Assembly (NCBI GenBank): GCA_031441465.1
Contig: JANOEP010000018.1
Location: 1-28,687, forward strand
DNA length: 28,687 nt
Direction of reading: 5' to 3'
Origin: a bacterium
GTDB taxonomy: Bacteria > Krumholzibacteriota > Krumholzibacteriia > LZORAL124-64-63
In this document: positions 17,488-25,651 of the stretch, piece by piece
Layout: each line of letters begins with the position of its first letter
How positions within the stretch are numbered: position 1 is the first letter of the stretch
Notes under the pieces: model-generated
Told to the model about the DNA's origin: nothing
Database searches by the model: none
Seen by the model: the letters and a program-made list of their open reading frames with translations, nothing else
Translations under genes and position numbers: made by a program

Positions 17488-18531
17488 TCAGGGGCCTCCT
17501 TCGGGGTCGAGTTGCCGCAGCAGCGTGCCCGCCTCGCGATCGAGGTCTCCGGGCAGCCCCAGCTTGCGGGCGAGTTGCAGCGCGTCGCGGGCCTGGCCGG
17601 GGTTGGCCAGCGCCAGGTGCAGCCGGGCGAGTTCGAAGGCGCCCAGCGCCTTCTGCCCGCGGTCGGCGGCGTCGCGCACCGCTTGGTCGAAGGCCGCCAG
17701 GGCGCCGTACAGGTCGCTCCGTCCCTGCAGGATCCGGCCCAGACGGCGCTGCGCCTCGCTGCAGGTCCATGCCGTGGCCCCAGGCTCCGACAGCGCCAGG
17801 CGGCAGGCCCGCTCGGCGCCGGTCGTGTCGCCGGCGGCCAGCATCCCGTCGGCGTCGGCCAGCAGCGGCGAACCGTGGACGCGCACGACGTCGAGTCGGC
17901 GGCGCAGTTCCTGACCGACGTCGGCGAGTTCCGGCGGCAGCCGGTGATCCAACGCCCGATCCAGGTGCGCGGCGGCCGCTTCCAGGTCGCCGCGGTTCTT
18001 CGCGAGGCCGGCCAGCATCAATTCCGCGGCCGCCCCGTCCTCGCCGAGTTGGACCGACTCGGCGAACAGCGCCTCGGCGCGCTCGTTCTCTCCGGCCTCG
18101 AGCGCCTCGAGGCCGCGATTCATGACGTACCCGTAGGCCTGCCGCGCGTCGTCCGGCGGCGGGCCGAGGAACTTGACGGTGAAGACGCCGCCCCCGGACA
18201 GGTCCGCCGTGATCGTCACCGCAACGGCCTCGTCGCGGCCCCAGGGGACGCGGACCTCGTGATGGGACTCGTTGTTCAGCTGGTAGAGCAGCGAACCGTC
18301 GGTCAGGCGCAGCACGTTCACGTGGCAGAGCAGCTGGTCGCCGTCGACGGTCAGCCGCCAGGCCCGCACCGGGAGCTGCGAAAACTCGACCCGGAACTGC
18401 ACCGACTCCCCGCCCCGCAGCAGGTACGTCTCCTGCCCGCGGGCCGTCCAGAGCCCCTCGGGCACGCTCTCGGCCGCGGCCGGCACGGCGGCTAGCAGCA
18501 GGGCGGCGAGGATCGCGCAGGTGGCTCTCAC
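17488..18531 (-). CDS. Exported tetratricopeptide-repeat protein
   Basis: Signal peptide, beta-rich N-domain, TPR-like helical repeats; GTG start with AAGGAG RBS; 1 nt from the GT9 start. Confidence 0.75.
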   Translation of the reverse strand: MRATCAILAALLLAAVPAAAESVPEGLWTARGQETYLLRGGESVQFRVEFSQLPVRAWRLTVDGDQLLCHVNVLRLTDGSLLYQLNNESHHEVRVPWGRDEAVAVTITADLSGGGVFTVKFLGPPPDDARQAYGYVMNRGLEALEAGENERAEALFAESVQLGEDGAAAELMLAGLAKNRGDLEAAAAHLDRALDHRLPPELADVGQELRRRLDVVRVHGSPLLADADGMLAAGDTTGAERACRLALSEPGATAWTCSEAQRRLGRILQGRSDLYGALAAFDQAVRDAADRGQKALGAFELARLHLALANPGQARDALQLARKLGLPGDLDREAGTLLRQLDPEGGP

Positions 18532-18638
18532 GGGGTTTCTCCTTCGACGCTCCCGGCTTCGGTGCTATCTTGGCCGTCGCTCCGAAGATATCGGAAGCGG
18601 CCGTCGGCGACAAGCAGCGTCACTCCTGGAGGAGAGCC

Positions 18639-19481
18639 ATGAGCGCGATCGTGAACCTGACCCTGGGCCACTCCCCCGACCCCGACGACGCCTTCATGCA
18701 CTACGCCCTGGCCCGCGGCAAGATCGACACGGGGCCCTACCGCTTCGAGCACGTCCTGCAGGACATCCAGACCCTGAACGAACGGGCGACCCGCGGCGAA
18801 CTGGACATCACCGCCATCAGCGTGCACGCCTACGCCTACGTGGCCGACAAGTACGCCCTGCTGCCCTCGGGCGCCAGCATGGGCGACCGTTACGGTCCGA
18901 TGGTCGTGGCCCGCGAGGCCTACGCGCCGGACGACCTGCGCGGCCGCCGCATCGCCGTGCCGGGCCTGATGACCAGCGCCTACCTCGAGCTGCGCCTCGC
19001 ACTCGGCGACTTCGAGCCCGTCGTGGTGCCCTTCGACCGGATCATCGAGGAGGTCGCCGCCGGCAAGTACGACGCCGGCCTGATCATCCACGAGGGCCAG
19101 CTGACCTACCGCAACCAGGGCCTGCACAGCTGCCTCGAACTGGGCCCCTGGTGGGACGACCTGACCGGCGGCCTGCCCCTGCCCCTGGGCGCCAACACCA
19201 TCCACAAGCGCCACGGCGAGCGCATGCCCGAGATCGCCCGCATCCTCGAGGCCAGCATCCGCTACGGTCTCGACCACCGCGACGAGGCCCTCGCCTACGC
19301 CCTGGGCTGGGCCCGCGACATGGAAGTCGCCCTGGCCGACGAATTCGTCGGCATGTACGTCAACCACTGGACCCTCGACTACGGCGAGAAGGGCCGCGCC
19401 GCGATCCGCGAACTCCTCGATCGCGCCCATCGCGCCGGTCTCATCCCGCCGGTTCGTGATCTGGAGTTCGTGACGACGTGA
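18639..19481 (+). CDS. mqnD: 1,4-dihydroxy-6-naphthoate synthase (futalosine pathway), MqnA/MqnD family
   Basis: LGHSPDPDDAFM, DIQTLN, YGP, IIHEGQLTY, LPLPLG, MYVN; GGAGGAG RBS. Confidence 0.88.
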   Translation: MSAIVNLTLGHSPDPDDAFMHYALARGKIDTGPYRFEHVLQDIQTLNERATRGELDITAISVHAYAYVADKYALLPSGASMGDRYGPMVVAREAYAPDDLRGRRIAVPGLMTSAYLELRLALGDFEPVVVPFDRIIEEVAAGKYDAGLIIHEGQLTYRNQGLHSCLELGPWWDDLTGGLPLPLGANTIHKRHGERMPEIARILEASIRYGLDHRDEALAYALGWARDMEVALADEFVGMYVNHWTLDYGEKGRAAIRELLDRAHRAGLIPPVRDLEFVTT

Positions 19482-19528
19482 GCGAGGTCAGTGTATCGGC
19501 ATCCCCCAGATCACGATGCTGGCCCATG

Positions 19529-19560
19529 AATTTGCAAATTTGACAAGAATGTGGCATAAT
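19529..19560 (+). promoter_or_regulatory. Sigma70-type promoter with palindromic operator-like site
   Basis: TTGCAA (19532-37)-17 nt-CATAAT (19555-60) with extended TG; perfect palindrome AATTTGCAAATT (19529-40) over the -35. Confidence 0.55.
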
Positions 19561-19599
19561 TGAGGTAATGTGCGGACTTTCCTCCTCCCGGGAGTCGTC

Positions 19600-21321
19600 A
19601 TGCGTTTGTGGATCGTATTGCCGCTGACCTGCCTGCTGCTCGCGCCTGCCGCGGGCGCCCAGACATACACTCTTGCCGATACGCTGACCGTCATCCAGCG
19701 GCCGCTGGTCAACATCCCTTCGCTGGTGCTGCCTGGGCAGGACCTGGTGATCAGCTGCGTCGCCCCCCCCGGGACCACGGGGTGGACGGCGCGGCTGGAA
19801 CGCGGGGCGCTGCAGATCCCGCTGACGGTCGTCGGCGCCGCCTACGATCCCGCGACCACCTGGTGGACCGTCGCGGCCGCGGTGCCCGACGTGCCGGTCT
19901 TCGACCTCTACGACCTGCGCGTGACGGCCTCCGGCGGCCTCGACGACCGCTCCCGGCACGCGGTGCGGGTCCTGCCGCAGTGGCGTGCGGACTTCACCTT
20001 CGTGCACATCACCGACACGCACCTGCCCACCTACCTCTACTACTACGAGAGCGGCGCCGCGACCGACAGCACCACGTCCGTGGGGCTGCGCACGATCCTG
20101 CAGGACGTGGACATCATCAACCCGGAGTTCATCCTGCTGACCGGCGACCTGGTCAACGAGGGCGAGCTCGAGGACTACCTCGGACGGCGCTATTACAGCC
20201 GCGCCCAGCAGCTGCTCGCCGAATCGGGTGTGCCGGTATTCCTGAGCGGCGGCAACCACGACCTCGGCGGCTGGGACAGCACCCCTCCGAGCGACGGCAC
20301 CTCGCGCCGCGACTGGTGGCGCTTCTTCGGCTGGCGGCGCCTCGGCAACCCGCCGCCGGGCGCCCCGGCGCGGACCCAGGACTACAGCTTCGACTACGGC
20401 CCGGTCCACTTCATCGGCCTGGAAGCCTACGACAACTACGACGCGTGGCGCGCGGAGTACTACGGCACCGAGAGCTTCACCAACGCGCAGATGTCCTGGC
20501 TCCAGCAGGACATCGGGGCCGCGTCGGCCAGCGACGCGGTCGTGCTGTTCGACCATTATGATTTCCAGAACGAACTCAACCTGGCCACCCTGGGCGTCGA
20601 CCTGAACCTGTGGGGCCACATCCACAGCGACACCGACGACGCGACCCTGCCCTACGACGTCTCCACCGACAACGCGAGCGGCTCCAACCATCCGTTCCGG
20701 GTGATCCGCTGGACCGGCGGCCACTTCGACGTGCGCCCCACCCTGGACGCCTACAGCGGCACCAACCTGACCACGGCGTTCACGCCCGACAACAGCGGCA
20801 CGTCGGACACCGTGAACGTGGTCGTCCACAACGGGTACAACGAGCGCTTCCACAACGCGCTGGTGCGGGTGAACATGCCCGCCGACGCCCCCGGCTTCCT
20901 GGTCACCGGCGGCACGCTCATGCAGGTGGACGACACCGGACCGATCGCGGTGTGCTACGTCGAGGCGGTTCTGAATCCCGCCAGCAACCTCACCGTCACC
21001 GTGACCGTGGACCCCGACGCCCAGACCGGCGCCGGCGACGCCCCGCACCCCCGCCTGCTGGCCGCGCACCCGAACCCGTTCAACCCCCGCACGGAGGTCG
21101 CCTTCGACCTGCCCGCGGCCGCCGACTGCCGCCTGACCGTCTTCGACGCGCGCGGCTGCGAGGTGGCCGTCCTGGCCGACGGCCCGCTCCCGGCCGGCCG
21201 GCACACCGCCGCCTGGGAGGGCCGCGATGCCGCCGGCCGACCGCTGCCCTCGGGCGTCTACTTCCTGGGCCTGCGCGCCGGCGCCTTCAGCGAAACCCGC
21301 AAGGTCACCCTCGCCCGCTGA
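19600..21321 (+). CDS. Secreted calcineurin-like metallophosphoesterase with C-terminal FlgD-Ig/T9SS-type domain
   Basis: Signal peptide; DTH, GDLVN, GNHD, GHIH motifs; HPNPFNP…WEGRDAAG…SGVYF C-terminus. Confidence 0.88.
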   Translation: MRLWIVLPLTCLLLAPAAGAQTYTLADTLTVIQRPLVNIPSLVLPGQDLVISCVAPPGTTGWTARLERGALQIPLTVVGAAYDPATTWWTVAAAVPDVPVFDLYDLRVTASGGLDDRSRHAVRVLPQWRADFTFVHITDTHLPTYLYYYESGAATDSTTSVGLRTILQDVDIINPEFILLTGDLVNEGELEDYLGRRYYSRAQQLLAESGVPVFLSGGNHDLGGWDSTPPSDGTSRRDWWRFFGWRRLGNPPPGAPARTQDYSFDYGPVHFIGLEAYDNYDAWRAEYYGTESFTNAQMSWLQQDIGAASASDAVVLFDHYDFQNELNLATLGVDLNLWGHIHSDTDDATLPYDVSTDNASGSNHPFRVIRWTGGHFDVRPTLDAYSGTNLTTAFTPDNSGTSDTVNVVVHNGYNERFHNALVRVNMPADAPGFLVTGGTLMQVDDTGPIAVCYVEAVLNPASNLTVTVTVDPDAQTGAGDAPHPRLLAAHPNPFNPRTEVAFDLPAAADCRLTVFDARGCEVAVLADGPLPAGRHTAAWEGRDAAGRPLPSGVYFLGLRAGAFSETRKVTLAR

Positions 21322-21342
21322 TCCGACCGGAGAACTTGCACC

Positions 21343-21384
21343 ATCGTGCCGCACGTCCCTGACATCAGGGACGTGCGGCACGAT
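21343..21384. repeat. 20-bp perfect inverted repeat (2-nt spacer)
   Basis: atcgtgccgcacgtccctga / tcagggacgtgcggcacgat. Confidence 0.85.
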
Positions 21385-21475
21385 TGATCAATGCCCTGGC
21401 CCCCCTTCCCGCCTTCACCCACGCTCCGAACTCTGGTAACCTCCAGGGCAACCCCAACGTTGCCCGGGAGGACCC

Positions 21476-23263
21476 ATGTCCCTGTCGCGCACCCTGCTGT
21501 TCGCAGCCCTGCTCGCCGCCGCCGCCCTGGCCGGCTGCAAGCAGCCGGCCGACGACCTCGACGTCTTCCTCGCCGACTACAACGTCCTGTACCGCGACCT
21601 CTGGCAGAAGGCTGAAGGCGCGCGCTGGGACGCCAACGTCGACGTCGGCGAGGCGACCTCGGCCGCCCGCGTCGCCGCCGAGGAGGAGTTCGCCGCCCGC
21701 CTCGGCGAAGCCGGCCTCATCGCGCAGGCCCGCGCCTACCTGGAGCGCGACGACCTGACCTTCGTGCAGCGCCAGCAGTTGAAGTACGTGCTGCTGAACG
21801 CCGCCAAGTTCCCCGGCACCCTCCCGGAGGTGACCGCGCGGCTGATCCGCGCCGAAGCCGCGCAGAACGAGCGCCTCTTCGGCTACGCGTTCTCGGTCGT
21901 GCTGCCCGACGGCACGGTGCGGCCCACGGACTCCAACGAGATCACCACGCTGCTGGCCGACTCCCGCGACCTGGCCGAGCGGCGCGCCTACTGGGAGGCG
22001 AGCAAGGCCATCGGCCCGACCCTGCGCGACGGCCTGGTCGAGCTGCGCGACCTGCGCAACCGGACGGCGCAGAGCATGGGCCACTCCTCGTACTTCGGCA
22101 TGGAGGTCGGCGAGTACGGGATGACGTCGGACGAGATGATGGTGTTGATGGACGAAGTCCTCGCGGGCCTGCGCCCGCTCTACGAGCAGCTGCACTGCTG
22201 GACGCGCCACGAACTGGCCGCCCGCTACGGCGAGCCGGTGCCCGCCCTGATCCCCGCCCACTGGCTCGGCAACAAGTGGGCCCAGGACTGGCCCGGCATC
22301 GTCGAGGGCGTCGACCTGGACGCCCTGGTCGCCGGCCGCGACCCGCGCTGGATGATCGAGCAGGCCGAGCGCTACTACACGAGCATGGGCTTCGAGCCGC
22401 TGCCCACCGCGTTCTGGGCGAGCAGCGACCTGTTCGCGCTGCCGGACGGCGCGGTCCGCAAGAAGAACTCCCACGCCTCGGCCTGGCACATCGACCTGGA
22501 CCACGACGTGCGCTCCCTGATGAGCGTCGAGCCCACCTTCGACTGGCTGCAGACGACCCACCACGAGCTGGGCCACATCTACTACTACCTGTCCTACAGC
22601 AACCCCGAGGTGCCGTTCGTGCTGCGCACCGGCGCCAACCGCGCCTTCCACGAGGGCGTCGGCACGCTGATCGAGCTGGTCGCCGGCCAGACCGCCTACC
22701 TGCAGGAGATCGGCCTGATGACCGCGGCCGACGAACCCGACAGCATCAGCTGGTTGCTGAACCAGGCCCTGCTGGGCCCGGTCACCTTCCTGCCCTTCGC
22801 CTGCGGCACGATGACGCACTGGGAGCACGACTTCTACGAGGAGCCCCTGCCCGCCGACCGGATGAACGCGCGCTGGTGGGAGCACGCCGCCCGCTACCAG
22901 GGCATCGCCCCACCCACCCCGCGCGGCGAAGAGTGGTGCGACGCGGCGACCAAGACCCACATCAACGACGACGCGGCCCAGTACTACGACTACGCGCTGT
23001 CGAGCGTGATCCTGCACCAATTGCACGACTACGTCTGCCGCGAGATCCTGCACCAGGACCCGCAGACCGCCACCTATTACGGCAACCAAGAAGTCGGCGC
23101 CTACCTGCGCACGATCCTGGAGCCCGGCGCCACCCGCGACTGGCGCGAGCTGATGCGCGAGGCCACCGGCGAGGACCTCTCCAGCCGCGCGATGCTGGCG
23201 TACTTCGCGCCGCTGCAGGCTTGGCTGGAGGAGAGGAACAAGGGCCGCAGCGTGGGCTTCTGA
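21476..23263 (+). CDS. M2-family metallopeptidase (ACE-like peptidyl-dipeptidase), lipoprotein
   Basis: Lipobox LAGC; IPAHWLGNKWAQDW, HASAW, HHELGH zinc motif, GANRAFHEGVG, YFAPLQAWL. Confidence 0.93.
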   Translation: MSLSRTLLFAALLAAAALAGCKQPADDLDVFLADYNVLYRDLWQKAEGARWDANVDVGEATSAARVAAEEEFAARLGEAGLIAQARAYLERDDLTFVQRQQLKYVLLNAAKFPGTLPEVTARLIRAEAAQNERLFGYAFSVVLPDGTVRPTDSNEITTLLADSRDLAERRAYWEASKAIGPTLRDGLVELRDLRNRTAQSMGHSSYFGMEVGEYGMTSDEMMVLMDEVLAGLRPLYEQLHCWTRHELAARYGEPVPALIPAHWLGNKWAQDWPGIVEGVDLDALVAGRDPRWMIEQAERYYTSMGFEPLPTAFWASSDLFALPDGAVRKKNSHASAWHIDLDHDVRSLMSVEPTFDWLQTTHHELGHIYYYLSYSNPEVPFVLRTGANRAFHEGVGTLIELVAGQTAYLQEIGLMTAADEPDSISWLLNQALLGPVTFLPFACGTMTHWEHDFYEEPLPADRMNARWWEHAARYQGIAPPTPRGEEWCDAATKTHINDDAAQYYDYALSSVILHQLHDYVCREILHQDPQTATYYGNQEVGAYLRTILEPGATRDWRELMREATGEDLSSRAMLAYFAPLQAWLEERNKGRSVGF

Positions 23264-23269
23264 TTCGAA

Positions 23270-23394
23270 CCTGCACTCGCGACGGCACGGGACACGATCC
23301 GTTCGCTTCCTGTGAGCGGATCGTTCGTCTTTCGGGCCACTCCGCCGACCTAGTTACGCGGCCCTCCGGACGCCCCTGCCGCAGCGAGTGCGGG
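23270..23394 (+). repeat. Structured repeat copy 3 (degenerate)
   Basis: Core aligns with copy 1 (…tcctgtga…cgttcgtctttcggg…gacgcccc); own outer stem 23270-23280/23384-23394 and hairpin 23294-23324. Confidence 0.6.
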
Positions 23395-23420
23395 CCCATG
23401 TAGGGGCCAGGCCATGATGC

Positions 23421-23471
23421 TTGCGGGAATCAGCCTTGGGGTTATATTTGCATTATGGTGCAATCATGCAA
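23421..23471 (+). promoter_or_regulatory. Putative ars promoter/operator
   Basis: TTGCGG-16-TATATT followed by the imperfect inverted repeat ttgcattat…atcatgcaa (23448-23471) just before the arsR RBS. Confidence 0.45.
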
Positions 23472-23485
23472 AGGACGGAGCGACC

Positions 23486-23833
23486 ATGAAATCACGCACG
23501 ACCTGCTGCCGGAACCTTGAGCGGTGGCTGACGCCGGAGACTTTTCGGGCGCTGGGCGAGCCGAGCCGGGCGGCGCTGCTGATGCTGCTCGCGGGGACAC
23601 CGGGAGCGCGCACGGTGGGGGAGTTGGCGATGGAGCTGCCCATCGACCTGTCCGTCGTCTCGAGGCACTTGAAGGTGTTGAAGGAAGTGGGCGTGGTGAC
23701 TGCAGAGCGCCGCGGCAAGGAAGTCCGGTACCAGCTGGCGTGCGGGGACCTGGTGCACATGCTGCGCAACCTGGCCGACGCCCTGGAGAGCTGCTGCCCG
23801 ACGACGACGAAACAACTGGAGGCCGGACGATGA
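23486..23833 (+). CDS. arsR: ArsR/SmtB-family transcriptional repressor
   Basis: FRALGEPSR, SVVSRHLKVLKEVGVV…RRGKEVRY; Cys pairs at both ends; coupled to arsM. Confidence 0.85.
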   Translation: MKSRTTCCRNLERWLTPETFRALGEPSRAALLMLLAGTPGARTVGELAMELPIDLSVVSRHLKVLKEVGVVTAERRGKEVRYQLACGDLVHMLRNLADALESCCPTTTKQLEAGR

Positions 23834-24666
23834 ACGAGAACAGAAGACCGACCGATCCCGACGCCCTGCGCCAGGCTGTGGCCGAGGGCTACGCCCGCAT
23901 CGCCGAGAGCGGCGACCCGGGCTGCTGCAGCTCCGGCTGCGGCTGCGGCGCCCCCGCGGACATCAGCCGCGAGGTGGGCTACCGCGACGACGACCTCGCC
24001 GCGATCCCCGCCGGGGCCGACCTGGGCCTGGGCTGCGGCAACCCGGTCGCGCTGGCCGACCTGCAGCCCGGCGAGACGGTCCTGGACCTGGGCTCGGGCG
24101 CGGGGATGGACGCCTTCCTGGCCGCTTCGAAGGTGGGCCCCGGCGGCCGCGTGATCGGCGTAGACATGACCCCGGCGATGCTCGCGCGCGCGCGGCGCAA
24201 CGCCGAGCAGGGCGGCCACGCCAACGTCGAGTTCCGCGAAGGGCTGATCGAGGCGCTGCCGCTGGACGACGCGAGCGTGGACGTGATCCTTTCGAACTGC
24301 GTCATCAACCTGTCCCCGCAGAAGGACCGGGTCTTCCGCGAGGCGCGGCGCGTGCTGCGACCCGGCGGGCGCATGGTCGTCTCGGATCTGGTCCTCGAAG
24401 CGGAGCTGCCGCCGGCGCTCGCGGAACGGATCGACGCGACCATCGGCTGCGTGGGCAACGCGTCGCTGCGCGCGGACTACCTGCGCACGGCGAGCGAGGC
24501 GGGTTTCGGTTCGGTGGAGATCCTCAAGGAGGCTGGTTACGGCGCTGCCGTCGCGGCGGACTCGCCGCTGGCGCGCGACGTCGCCCGCGACACGGGACTC
24601 CCCCTGGCGCAGATCGCCGCGCTGATGGGTCAGGTCACCAGCCTCACGCTGCGTCTGCGGCCCTGA
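23830..24666 (+). CDS. arsM: Arsenite S-adenosylmethionine methyltransferase
   Basis: LGLGCGNP, VLDLGSGAG, GVDMT, SNCVINL, GCVG; N-terminal CCSSGCGC; ATGA overlap with arsR. Confidence 0.9.
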   Translation: MNENRRPTDPDALRQAVAEGYARIAESGDPGCCSSGCGCGAPADISREVGYRDDDLAAIPAGADLGLGCGNPVALADLQPGETVLDLGSGAGMDAFLAASKVGPGGRVIGVDMTPAMLARARRNAEQGGHANVEFREGLIEALPLDDASVDVILSNCVINLSPQKDRVFREARRVLRPGGRMVVSDLVLEAELPPALAERIDATIGCVGNASLRADYLRTASEAGFGSVEILKEAGYGAAVAADSPLARDVARDTGLPLAQIAALMGQVTSLTLRLRP

Positions 24667-24672
24667 ACGCGA

Positions 24673-25488
24673 TCAGCCGGTGACGGTCTTCATCGACGCG
24701 TAGTCCAACGTCGAGCCGTTCATGCTGTGCGGGATCATGTACACGGCGAAGACCACCAGCGCCGCGAGCACCGTCACCAGACGCACGGTGCGGCCGTCGC
24801 CGCGCATCAGGACCGCCGCCACCCAGGCCAGGACCGCCGCCGCGAGCTTGTTGTCGGTGAGGTCCTCGCCGAACGGCCATCCGGTCCAGTAGGCCCCGAA
24901 GGCGTATTTCTGGACCACGGGTCCGAGGAACAGCCCACCGACGGCCAGCAGCACGAGTGTCCGGCGCGCCAAACGCGCCCGCTGCGCGCCGCCGAAGGCG
25001 GCCTCCAGACCCGCCCGGTTGGACCAGAGCATGCCCAGGAACATCAGCAGGATGTGGGGCGCCAGCACCCAGGGCGGCACGTCGCCTTTGAAGCGTGCCA
25101 CCACGGCCCGGCCGCCCGGCAGGTCCAGGACCCCGCCGTCCCGCGTCAGGCGCACCGTGTATTCCAGCTTGCCGGCCGACGGTTGCGCCGGCAGCCGGGC
25201 GACCAGATCCCCCTGCGCGTCGCGCGCCAGCGGCAGCTCGCGCCAGGGCTCGTCCAGCGGGAAGCGGCGCCAGCGCACCTCGCCCGCGACCAGAGGGTCG
25301 GCGGCACGGACGCGCACGGGCAGGTCGCTCGCGACGCTGTGGGAGCGCAGCAGCCGGGCGCGGACCGGTTCCCCGGCCAGTTCGGCGCGCACGCGCACCG
25401 GGTAGGTGGGGCCGGTCAGCCGCTGGTAGACGGCCGAGGCCAGGGTCACGACGATCGCGAGGGTCCACAGGATCCGAGTGCTCAACAT
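24673..25488 (-). CDS. Hypothetical membrane protein (N-terminal TM, soluble beta domain, 4 C-terminal TMs)
   Basis: ATG with GGAGGAG RBS; YQRLTGPTYP, QKYAFGAYWTGWPFGEDLTDNK, IPHS segments look conserved. Confidence 0.8.
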   Translation of the reverse strand: MLSTRILWTLAIVVTLASAVYQRLTGPTYPVRVRAELAGEPVRARLLRSHSVASDLPVRVRAADPLVAGEVRWRRFPLDEPWRELPLARDAQGDLVARLPAQPSAGKLEYTVRLTRDGGVLDLPGGRAVVARFKGDVPPWVLAPHILLMFLGMLWSNRAGLEAAFGGAQRARLARRTLVLLAVGGLFLGPVVQKYAFGAYWTGWPFGEDLTDNKLAAAVLAWVAAVLMRGDGRTVRLVTVLAALVVFAVYMIPHSMNGSTLDYASMKTVTG

Positions 25489-25651
25489 CTGCTCCTCCCG
25501 TCCACGGGTGCCGCAGGAAAATAGCGCGTCCTGCGCCGGGAATCATCCCCCGATTGACCCCTTCGCCGGAATGGCCTAGATTCCGCAGATGCACTTTCCG
25601 CCGGGGCGTCGCGCCCCGGTCCGCGACCGACCGCAATCCGTGGAGGAACCG

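Noticed and set aside
23438..23451. GG-N10-GC upstream of arsR as a sigma54 promoter
   Set aside because: Lacks the GGCA(C/T) -24 context; a sigma70 promoter plus ArsR operator is more parsimonious
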